Of a stretch of 64,000 nucleotides of DNA, positions 16,855-24,468 are shown piece after piece (the first letter of the stretch is position 1; each line of letters starts with the position of its first letter). The translations under genes were made by a program, and so were the position numbers. The notes under the pieces were generated by a model. It was not told the DNA's origin and did not search any database. It worked only from the letters and a program-made list of their open reading frames with translations. Origin of the DNA: Dehalococcoidia bacterium (lineage in GTDB: Bacteria > Chloroflexota > Dehalococcoidia > Lucifugimonadales > G963668185); contig OY764162.1 in assembly GCA_963668185.1 (NCBI GenBank), forward strand, positions 852,754 through 916,753, given 5' to 3'.

Positions 16855-17715
16855 ATGAAGCCCCTAATCGTTGCCTTACTGCTGATATGCCTTGCGGTTG
16901 CCGTGTCCGGTTGCGGCGACTCCGAGCCGGCCCCCGAGGGCGGTGACAGCGTAGAACAGACCGCCTCGAACGGCGGGCAGTCCGCGGCATCCTCCGAAGA
17001 CAGTTCAGACGACGACTCGGACGGCGGACAGTCATCGGCGGCATCCTCGGAGGACAGTTCAGACGACGACTCCGACAGCGACCATTCGTCGGCGTCTTCC
17101 TCGGAAGACAGTTCAGACGACGACTCCGACAGCGATCATTCGTCGGCGTCATCGGGAGACGACGACTCGGACAGCGACCATTCGTCGGCGTCATCGGGAG
17201 ACATGGACTCCGACAGCGACGTCAACGGCGACTCCGGCGAGCACGCCTCGGATGACGACGATGTCGTGGCCTTCGAGAACCCGGGAGCCGAAGGGACGCC
17301 TTTCGATAGCAGCCGGAACGACGCGCTCGCCGGCGCCCAGCCCCTTGACGTCGTGACCTGGACCAACGGGCCGACCCTCTCACTGGGCGCGCTGGAGGCG
17401 AGCGGCACGCTCAGCGAGGGCGCGATGCTCTTCAACCCGATGGTGGACGGCGAGGGCGCGGGCTTCATCCTCTACCACAAGAATGTGCCGGATGAGCCGC
17501 TGCTAGTGCTGCTTCCCGACCTAGGCCCCATGTACATCTGGGACACCGACCACACGGTAGCGGACATGGAGCACGAGTTCGAAGGCTCCACGTTCACGTT
17601 CACGGCCTACTCCCCGATGTTCTTCGACACAGGCCCAGGCGACCTGGAACTCCGCGTCTTCGGCTACGACGCGAACGGCGCCGACAGGCTGCTGTCGGTA
17701 GCAACCGTAGAGTAG
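16855..17715 (+). CDS. Lipoprotein with an acidic Ser/Asp-rich repeat linker and a ~105-aa C-terminal domain of unknown function
   Basis: Lipobox '[13 protein letters not shown]'. Repeated '[19 protein letters not shown]'. The C-terminal domain is duplicated at 20117-20431. Confidence 0.75.
   Translation: MKPLIVALLLICLAVAVSGCGDSEPAPEGGDSVEQTASNGGQSAASSEDSSDDDSDGGQSSAASSEDSSDDDSDSDHSSASSSEDSSDDDSDSDHSSASSGDDDSDSDHSSASSGDMDSDSDVNGDSGEHASDDDDVVAFENPGAEGTPFDSSRNDALAGAQPLDVVTWTNGPTLSLGALEASGTLSEGAMLFNPMVDGEGAGFILYHKNVPDEPLLVLLPDLGPMYIWDTDHTVADMEHEFEGSTFTFTAYSPMFFDTGPGDLELRVFGYDANGADRLLSVATVE
17401..17715. repeat. 315-bp direct repeat, copy A (3' end of the 16855-17715 gene)
   Basis: Aligns base-for-base with 20117-20431 with about 10 mismatches; 4 of 105 amino acids differ. 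Confidence 0.9.
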
Positions 17716-17755
17716 CGCCGCAGGCGGAGAAACCACCCGTCGGCATTGTTCGACG

Positions 17756-20065
17756 ATGCTAAGGAACCGAATCATCGTGTTAGATTCCCGCATCCGCTGG
17801 CCGGCAATCGTGTCGGGGGCTCTATTCATCGTCGCCGTTCTGAACGCATGCGGCGATCCAACGCCAGAGCCCACAACGAATCTGACTCCAGGAGCGACAG
17901 CTACACTCATGGCAACGGCGGTGCCCGCACTGACACTCGAGCCTGCATCAACACCCGCGCCGACTGGTGCTCCCACACTTACGCCGGAACCGACGGCAAC
18001 TCCTACGCTTACGCCGGAACCGACGGCAACTCCCACACCTACGCCGGAACCGACGGCAACTCCTACGCTTACGCCGGAACCGACGGCAACTCCCACACTT
18101 ACGCCAGAGCCGACGGCAACTCCCACACCTACGCCAGAGCCGACGGCAACTCCCACACCTACGCCAGAGCCGACGGCAACTCCCACACCTACGCCAGAGC
18201 CGACGGCAACTCCCACACTTACGCCGGAACCGACGCCCGATTCGGTGTTGCCGGCGCCGCCATCCGACCTTGATTTAGACACGTTCTACAAGAAGTATCT
18301 GGACGCTGACGGGCTTCCTATCGTTTCTTCCGCCAAGGTGCCCGACCAGGCCCTATTTCGTGCTAGGGACATCATAGATGAAATGCTCGGCAATCGGCCC
18401 GAGTTGCTAGCAACAATCGCGGGCTCAGGACAAGTTCTGGCAATCGCGGCGCGATCGGAGGTTCTTACTGATATTCCAGGCTACCATGACATCTACGAGC
18501 GGTTTCCTAACGTCAACTTCGATTGGAATGAAAGGCACCGTGGCGGGGGCATAAGCGGTGGAACCATAAGCGAACCAACCGTTGTCTGGGAGCAAAATGT
18601 ATTATGCCATGAGAATGACGTATTCCCGAACGAGGACATCCTCGTGCATGAGTCGGCGCATACTGTGCTCAATCTAGGAATCAAGCAGCAGGAGAGAGCT
18701 ACGGAGTTTCTGGCGCGGCTTGACGCCGCATACCGTAGTGCGATGGACTCCGGCCTCTGGGCTGGTGCCTATGCGGGCGAGAATGTGGATGAGTACTGGG
18801 CAGAGGGCGTCCAGTCATGGTTTGGCTTGAACGACTGGGCTATCCCTGCCAACGGAGTTCACAATCAGATCAACACCCGGCACGAACTAGAGGCTTACGA
18901 TCCGGCCTTGGCCAACTTAATTCGAGAGGTTTTTGGCGAAACGACCATCTCCTCCACGTGTCACGTCGTAGCGGCATCAGTGGATATTCAAGAGGAGCAT
19001 ACAATTGAATTCCTCGGTGATGTATCTCCTGCCAAGAAGGCCGAAATCCGCGCATTGTTCACTGATCTTCGGAATTTCTTTGACGATTACGCTGCTGGCA
19101 AATCAGCACCAGAGCCTCTTCTTGTAGCTTCCTATGATCAAGAGGCGCTGCAGAGAAGATTCAAGGAGATAGAGGGCTACGAACACGCAGGTTCTATATG
19201 CGGAGTCCGATCAGTTAGTCTTTACATTTCCCTGGAGCCGGGATGTGGCAGACCTGCTGTATTCGCACACGAATACTTTCATCACCTGCAAGGAGCAACA
19301 GCGCCGGGCCACCTGCTGCCCGATTATGGCGAAGGATATTCTACCCAGGGTCCATGGTGGTTGACCGAAGGAGCAGCTGTATACAGTTCTCTGTTGTACA
19401 CTGTCGCGAGCGGTATTGAGAGTTACGATGTTGAGCGCGACCGAATGATAAGAAAGGCTTGGGAATCTACTCGCAACCTAGTTGATCTGGAACTGGCAGA
19501 GAGTTTCTTCAATGAACATCCGTTTGGTTCTTATGAAGTTGGATTTCTTGCGGTGGAGTGGCTTGCTCGACATTCGAGCGACGCCTCAATCCTTCGCTAC
19601 TACGAGATACTGCCTCAACACGATACATGGCAGGCAGCGTTCGAGAACGCCTTCGGCATGGCAGTTGACGAATTCTATGAGTCTTTCGAAGGGTATCGCG
19701 ACGGCGTGGCTCCGACCAGAGAAGAATCCTTCAGGATTCAGGGCCGAGTGGTTGGCCCTGATGACCAGCCGTTGGAGGGCATCGGTCTGTGGGCCTGGCA
19801 GGGAGATGCTAATAACAGTGGGGTTGGCAGTACACGCTCGGATGGCAGCTTTGTCTTAGTCGTGCCGGGTGGTTCATTCACCTTGGACGTTTACGCTGAT
19901 TTTGTCGCTGGATGTACCTTTGTTGGCTGGCTAGGCCCGGATGGATTCACCACGTCACATAAAGAAGCCGTTCGTGTGCAAGTGAACGGCGCCAACGTAA
20001 GTGGCATCGTGATCAAGCTGCCCAAGCAACTGGACCAGCTTCCGTTCATCGAACACTGCTCGTAA
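17756..20065 (+). CDS. Lipoprotein with a Thr/Pro repeat linker, two HExxH metalloprotease-like modules and a carboxypeptidase-regulatory-like C-terminal domain
   Basis: Lipobox 'VLNACGDP'. ([10 protein letters not shown])n linker. 'LVHESAHTV' and '[11 protein letters not shown]'. C-terminal '[15 protein letters not shown]...[16 protein letters not shown]'. Confidence 0.75.
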   Translation: MLRNRIIVLDSRIRWPAIVSGALFIVAVLNACGDPTPEPTTNLTPGATATLMATAVPALTLEPASTPAPTGAPTLTPEPTATPTLTPEPTATPTPTPEPTATPTLTPEPTATPTLTPEPTATPTPTPEPTATPTPTPEPTATPTPTPEPTATPTLTPEPTPDSVLPAPPSDLDLDTFYKKYLDADGLPIVSSAKVPDQALFRARDIIDEMLGNRPELLATIAGSGQVLAIAARSEVLTDIPGYHDIYERFPNVNFDWNERHRGGGISGGTISEPTVVWEQNVLCHENDVFPNEDILVHESAHTVLNLGIKQQERATEFLARLDAAYRSAMDSGLWAGAYAGENVDEYWAEGVQSWFGLNDWAIPANGVHNQINTRHELEAYDPALANLIREVFGETTISSTCHVVAASVDIQEEHTIEFLGDVSPAKKAEIRALFTDLRNFFDDYAAGKSAPEPLLVASYDQEALQRRFKEIEGYEHAGSICGVRSVSLYISLEPGCGRPAVFAHEYFHHLQGATAPGHLLPDYGEGYSTQGPWWLTEGAAVYSSLLYTVASGIESYDVERDRMIRKAWESTRNLVDLELAESFFNEHPFGSYEVGFLAVEWLARHSSDASILRYYEILPQHDTWQAAFENAFGMAVDEFYESFEGYRDGVAPTREESFRIQGRVVGPDDQPLEGIGLWAWQGDANNSGVGSTRSDGSFVLVVPGGSFTLDVYADFVAGCTFVGWLGPDGFTTSHKEAVRVQVNGANVSGIVIKLPKQLDQLPFIEHCS
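17975..18240. repeat. 30-bp tandem repeat, about 8.5 copies, coding for the TP linker
   Basis: Unit ACGCC(G/A)GA(A/G)CCGACGGCAACTCC(C/T)AC(A/G)C(T/C)T repeats head-to-tail with no spacers. Confidence 0.95.
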
Positions 20066-20431
20066 CCCGCATCATCCTCGGAAGACAGTTCCGACGACTC
20101 CTCCGGCAGCGACACTAGCGGCACGCTCAGCGAGGGCGCGATGCTCTTCAACCCGATGGCGGACGGCGAGGGCGCGGGCTTCATCCTCTACCACAAGAAT
20201 GTGCCGGATGAGCCGCTGCTAGTGCTGCTTCCCGACCTGGGCCCCATGTACATCTGGGACACCGACCACACCGTCGCCGACATGGAGCACGAGTTCGAAT
20301 TTTCGACGTTCACGTTCACGGCCTACTCCCCGCTCTTCTTCGACACAGGCCCAGGCGACCTGGAACTCCGCGTCTTCGGCTACGACGCGAACGGCGCCGA
20401 CGCCCTGCTGTCAGTAGCAACGGTGGAGTAG
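20066..20431 (+). pseudogene. Start-less duplicate of the S/D linker plus C-terminal domain of the 16855-17715 gene, in frame directly behind the TAA of the protease gene
   Basis: Codons from 20066 read [31 protein letters not shown]... in the same frame as 17756-20065. There is no signal peptide and only an internal ATG at 20141. Confidence 0.6.
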
Positions 20432-20448
20432 CTCCCCGACCTCAACCG

Positions 20449-20889
20449 CTAGCTTGCCTCGCTGCTTGGAGCAGAGCCGCTTGTCGTCGCGCCCAATGCT
20501 TCGACTACTTCCCTGATCCGCGCCAGACTTGCGGTTGCGTAGTCGGTCGCTTCATACCGCTGTATCTGCTGCTCCTTGAGCCGGAGTCGCTTGGCCAGAT
20601 CTTTCTGGCTCAAGCCTTGAGAAATGCGGGCCTTGATCAGAGTGTACGGTAGTTCGGCAACCACGTTCAGATCCCCCATCTGAAAGTTGCCAGCCTTCAG
20701 AGATTCGTATTCGCGCAACTCTCCCTCAAGGTCTGTTAGCTGACTCCTCAAGGCGTCCTCTTGAGCCTTTGCGATGATGGGATGAACTCCATCCGTCTCA
20801 CCGGAACGCCGCCTGAGACTGTCGAGAGTCTGCGAAAATCGAACTGCCTGCGCCTTGGTGATCCGATATTGCCGCTCGTTCTTGATCAT
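20449..20889 (-). CDS. XRE-family HTH protein, putative antitoxin
   Basis: 'LIKARISQGLSQKDLAKRLRLKEQQIQRYEA' is an HTH_XRE motif, with an N-terminal coiled extension. Its start overlaps the upstream gene's stop by 4 nt. Confidence 0.75.
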   Translation of the reverse strand: MIKNERQYRITKAQAVRFSQTLDSLRRRSGETDGVHPIIAKAQEDALRSQLTDLEGELREYESLKAGNFQMGDLNVVAELPYTLIKARISQGLSQKDLAKRLRLKEQQIQRYEATDYATASLARIREVVEALGATTSGSAPSSEAS

Positions 20890-21326
20890 GCGAGGTCTCC
20901 CAAGTCTATGGCGATAATCCCTTTGAGCCTCCCGGTATCCTTGTCCGTCTGGAAGAATTCAAGAAACGAAAGACCGCCCGTGTCGGCAATGATCGAAGCG
21001 GGGAACAGTTCTCCCATGTACTTGGCCTTTTGCGCCGCTCTTCCCTCGTCAAACGTCAGGAGCACGGGATCGAGTGCAGTCGGATCCACGCCAGCCTCTT
21101 CCCAGCAGGCGTCATAGTCGTTGGGCATAGCCTTGCGCGTCACGAAGCTCCCATTGAGATAGACGGTTTTGCAGCCTGCATCCTTCAAGTTATCTATGGC
21201 GGCCCTGAACCCCGTCGCGAGAAGCAATCTCCATGGGTTGTTCCCAAATCTATCCATCAACTCGCTCCAGCCAGCCCAGTGGACTCCCGGCGGTAGAAAC
21301 CCGTCCGTATCAAACTCGGGTATCAC
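20886..21326 (-). CDS. Minimal nucleotidyltransferase-fold protein (DUF6932-like), putative toxin
   Basis: 'VYLNGSFVTRKAMPNDYDAC' fits the pol-beta NTase G-S-x10-D-x-D signature. GTG start. Toxin-first order with 4-nt overlap to the HTH gene. Confidence 0.55.
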   Translation of the reverse strand: MIPEFDTDGFLPPGVHWAGWSELMDRFGNNPWRLLLATGFRAAIDNLKDAGCKTVYLNGSFVTRKAMPNDYDACWEEAGVDPTALDPVLLTFDEGRAAQKAKYMGELFPASIIADTGGLSFLEFFQTDKDTGRLKGIIAIDLGDLA

Positions 21327-21327
21327 A

Positions 21328-21347
21328 ACACAATAATACTATTGTGT
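21328..21347. promoter_or_regulatory. Perfect palindrome ACACAATA-atac-TATTGTGT immediately upstream of the NTase/XRE operon (candidate operator)
   Basis: 8-bp arms with a 4-bp spacer, 2 nt from the GTG start. Confidence 0.45.
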
Positions 21348-21363
21348 GTACGCCGCATCAAGA

Positions 21364-22494
21364 TGTACTCGTTCAGTACATATGGGACAGTTTTGGCGAG
21401 ACCATGTCCGGGTGGTGATGCTGAAGATACTCGGCCGGAGTGCGCCCGTCCAGTGAGTGGTGTGGGCGGACAGTGTCGTATAGGCGCTCCCATTCCAGAA
21501 GCGCTCTGTTGAGTGGCGCCATCTCGAGGTCGCCGTCATACAGTTCGTAGAACTCCTCAGTGTGGGTACGCTGCGCCCTCTCTACGTGGCCATTGAGCTT
21601 CGGGGATCGCGGCGGCAACACAAACAGTCTGATCCCGTAGTCCCGGCACGCTGCCTCGAACTCAGCCATGAACTCAGAACCCCCATCGACCTGCACCGCC
21701 TTGATCGGAAACGGAAAGCGCCGACGCATTGAGTCCAGGAACCGCGCCGCCAACGTCGACGTGGCTCGCGTGTGTACCTCGATCACGTCCCACCGCGACA
21801 CCACATCCCTCGCAGTGAAGTGCTTGAGCACCATACCCGGAAGGGGGCGGACATCCAGCGTGTCCACCTGCACTATGTCGCCCGGATTGACGGCCTGGTA
21901 CTCCCTGGGCTTGCGCACCGCATAGGGACGGGCACGGGCGCGCTTACGCGCCGCTACACCCTGTCGCGGAGGTTCCTTGAGTACGCCGCGAACCTTCAGA
22001 CTGGCCAGGATGCGGCCCACCATCGAAGTGGACACCTGCCAGCCCTCTCGCCTCAGCATCACCACCAACTTGTCCTTGCCCCAGCGTGGATACCGCTCCC
22101 TCATCTCCATCACCGCCTCGGCCAACTCCACGCTCCACGTAGGACCGCGTACCCTGTGAGGACGACGGCTCTTGGCACACAGGCCGGCCGGTCCCTCTTC
22201 CCTCAGCGCCCTGTCCCACCTGTACAGCGTCGAGCGGGCCATGCCCAATGCTTCAGCCGCTTCGGAGCCGGACAGTCCCCGCCGTCTCAGCGCCTGCCAG
22301 CAGTTCACCATGCGCAATCGCTCCTGCGCTTCGGCAGGCAGGTCTGTCAGTGTAGCCTTGGCAAGCTGGTAGAATGGCTTGGGTAGACCTACTACCCGCA
22401 TACAGGGACCTCCTTGGTTTGTCTCACCCAAAGGATGGTCCCTTTCTCTTTCCCTTACAACTCCCCCTGTCTCACATCTATCTGAACGAGTTCA
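21364..22494 (-). mobile_element. IS481-family insertion sequence, copy 1 (1131 bp)
   Basis: Ends TGTACTCGTTCAG / CTGAACGAGTTCA form a 13-bp imperfect IR. Flanked by a 5-bp direct duplication CAAGA (21359-21363 and 22495-22499). Sequence-identical to 42282-43412. Confidence 0.9.
21373..22401 (-). CDS. IS481-family DDE transposase (HTH plus rve integrase core)
   Basis: ATG preceded by AAGGAGG. '...LSGSEAAEALGMARSTLYRW...' (HTH) and 'DIVQVDTLDV...VQVDGGSEF...NGHVERAQRT' (DDE core). Confidence 0.9.
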   Translation of the reverse strand: MRVVGLPKPFYQLAKATLTDLPAEAQERLRMVNCWQALRRRGLSGSEAAEALGMARSTLYRWDRALREEGPAGLCAKSRRPHRVRGPTWSVELAEAVMEMRERYPRWGKDKLVVMLRREGWQVSTSMVGRILASLKVRGVLKEPPRQGVAARKRARARPYAVRKPREYQAVNPGDIVQVDTLDVRPLPGMVLKHFTARDVVSRWDVIEVHTRATSTLAARFLDSMRRRFPFPIKAVQVDGGSEFMAEFEAACRDYGIRLFVLPPRSPKLNGHVERAQRTHTEEFYELYDGDLEMAPLNRALLEWERLYDTVRPHHSLDGRTPAEYLQHHHPDMVSPKLSHMY

Positions 22495-22544
22495 CAAGAA
22501 CGACACGCGCCCCGGCCTCAACCGCTAGCCCCGGCGCGGTCGCG

Positions 22545-24338
22545 TCACTCGCCGATGCCCTCGTACCACCCGGCCCCGAAGACCAGGTTGCCCCGGCGCA
22601 CGACCCACGCGTGCTTGCGCGCTTCCTGCCCCGTCTCCGGGTGGGTGAACAGGTAGCTGACCCACTCGCCGCCACCCTCCTCGGTGACCGCGGCGAACGC
22701 CTTCCCCAGGTCGAAGCCGCTGGAGTCGATGCGCTCGCGAGTCGTCCCCACCCTCTCGGGGTGTAAGGGGTTGGCCGCGGCGTACAGATCGCCGCCCCGG
22801 TCCTCCAGGATGAAGACGTACCACGGGCCGTCCAGGCTCTCCGGCGAGTTGTAGCGCTCCAGGGTAGCTTCCATGCCGTGGTCTTCGTGCATCGTGAGCG
22901 CGCGGCCCACCAACAGACGCGCGTACTCCGCCGGTTGCTCCTTCGTTGGCGGCGGCGCGTACCAGCCGCTGGCGAAGATCAGCCCGTCCTCCAGCGCCGC
23001 GTAGTAGTTCTTGACCTCCTCGACCGCCGAGTGGAGCGGGTTCTCCTCGTCCACGCTGGGCGAGGCGATGTAGTTGCGAACGAAGACACCCTCAGGCGTA
23101 GCCCTCATAAGGTCGGCGGCATAGAAGTACCCCGTGTCGTCGTACGCCTCCCTGTACGTCAGGTCCTGGCCTACGGACTCCGCCGCCGGGTGGGCCAGCA
23201 CAACGCCTTTCTCGGCGTCCAGGATGAAGGTGTACCAGCGGCCATCGACGCTCTGCGGCGAACTGTGGTAGGCGATGGTGGCGTCGTACCCCTCGGCGCG
23301 GTAGCGTTCGACCGCGCGGTTCACGGTCGCCACCGTGAAATGGGCCTGCTCGCACTTGGACGGCAGCAAAGAGTGGTGCTCGGGCGGCTCGTGCCAGCCG
23401 GAGCCGATGATAATGTTGCCCCTGCGCACGGCCCACGAGTGCCTGGCCTCGCAGTTGCCGCTCGCCGGATTTGTGAAGTAGTAAGACTTCAGCCACCTGC
23501 CCGCTTCCGTGACCTCTAGGAACTCCGGCCCGAAGCGGTTGCCCACAAGGTCGAATCCTGCCCGCCCCCGTACGTTCCGGCCCACCAGCTGCTTGGTCGT
23601 GGGATGAGCCAGAAACGTCCCGTCTGAGTCGATCACGTAAACGTACCATTGGCCATCAACGCTCTCCGGGTCGTTGTACTTGCGAAGCAGCGCGTCCAGG
23701 CCCTCGACGTCGTACACGTCCACCGCGTCCTGCACGAACCACTGCGTATAGCCCGCCGGGTCACCGTCCTTGGTGGGCAGCGGGACGACGTTCTCGTACC
23801 AGCCGGACCCGAAGATCAGCCCGTCGTGGAGCTTGAGCCAGGTGTGCTTGTCCCCCTCCTCCACGGGCGTGTCGCCGTCGTAGGTCCGGTAGAAGTAGCT
23901 CACCCACTGCCCTTCCTCCGTGGTCTTGAGCATCTCCGCGCCGTAGGCGTAGCCTCTGGGGTCCCGCCTCTGGGCGGACTTCGCGCCCAGCAGCGCCTGG
24001 TTCGGATGCAGCGCCAGCTCATCGACGCTCGTGTCGATGATGAACAGGTACCAGCGTTCGACGGCGCTCTCATCGGAGAAGTAGTGCTCGAAGGTCTTCT
24101 CCCTGCCCTCCGAGACGTACATGTCGATGGCCCGCTGGACGTAGGCCTGTGTGAACTCCGCCGGCTGGCCGGTAGTCGGGGCCGCCGCCGCCGGAGCCTG
24201 GTCCACCGCCGCGGGAAGAGCCGGGGCCGTCGCCGTCGCCGTTCCGAGCAGCGCGACAACGCCAACCGCAAGCGCGGCAAGACCCACGACAAACGCGGCC
24301 ACGCCGATCAGACCGGCATATTCCCGTACAACTCTCAA
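22545..24338 (-). CDS. Membrane-anchored extracytoplasmic protein made of four tandem single-Cache (sCache_2-like) domains
   Basis: N-terminal TM 'LIGVAAFVVGLAALAVGVVALLG'. The pattern 'WY(L/V)F(I/V)(I/L)D...LAHP...G...W(V/L).Y...K..W......(L/I)(I/V)(F/I)GSGW(Y/H)E' occurs four times. Confidence 0.7.
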   Translation of the reverse strand: MRVVREYAGLIGVAAFVVGLAALAVGVVALLGTATATAPALPAAVDQAPAAAAPTTGQPAEFTQAYVQRAIDMYVSEGREKTFEHYFSDESAVERWYLFIIDTSVDELALHPNQALLGAKSAQRRDPRGYAYGAEMLKTTEEGQWVSYFYRTYDGDTPVEEGDKHTWLKLHDGLIFGSGWYENVVPLPTKDGDPAGYTQWFVQDAVDVYDVEGLDALLRKYNDPESVDGQWYVYVIDSDGTFLAHPTTKQLVGRNVRGRAGFDLVGNRFGPEFLEVTEAGRWLKSYYFTNPASGNCEARHSWAVRRGNIIIGSGWHEPPEHHSLLPSKCEQAHFTVATVNRAVERYRAEGYDATIAYHSSPQSVDGRWYTFILDAEKGVVLAHPAAESVGQDLTYREAYDDTGYFYAADLMRATPEGVFVRNYIASPSVDEENPLHSAVEEVKNYYAALEDGLIFASGWYAPPPTKEQPAEYARLLVGRALTMHEDHGMEATLERYNSPESLDGPWYVFILEDRGGDLYAAANPLHPERVGTTRERIDSSGFDLGKAFAAVTEEGGGEWVSYLFTHPETGQEARKHAWVVRRGNLVFGAGWYEGIGE

Positions 24339-24468
24339 TCAGTCAAGCTCCCTGCGCACAACTCCAAGCTGCGGCGCCAGCGATGCTATGCACTGGTCCT
24401 GTGACGGTCAAGGCGAAGTACGCCGATTGGCATGGTACTCACAACGCCCTGCGTCGGATGGCTTCGAG

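Noticed and set aside
17975-18240. Possible CRISPR array (regular 30-bp repeats).
   Set aside because: The units are head-to-tail with no spacers, they lie inside a coding frame, and no cas genes are present.
17521-18282. 253-aa minus-strand ORF encoding ([10 protein letters not shown])n.
   Set aside because: It is the reverse-complement reading of the 30-bp TP-linker tandem repeat of the 17756-20065 lipoprotein gene. That gene has a proper signal peptide and downstream domains.
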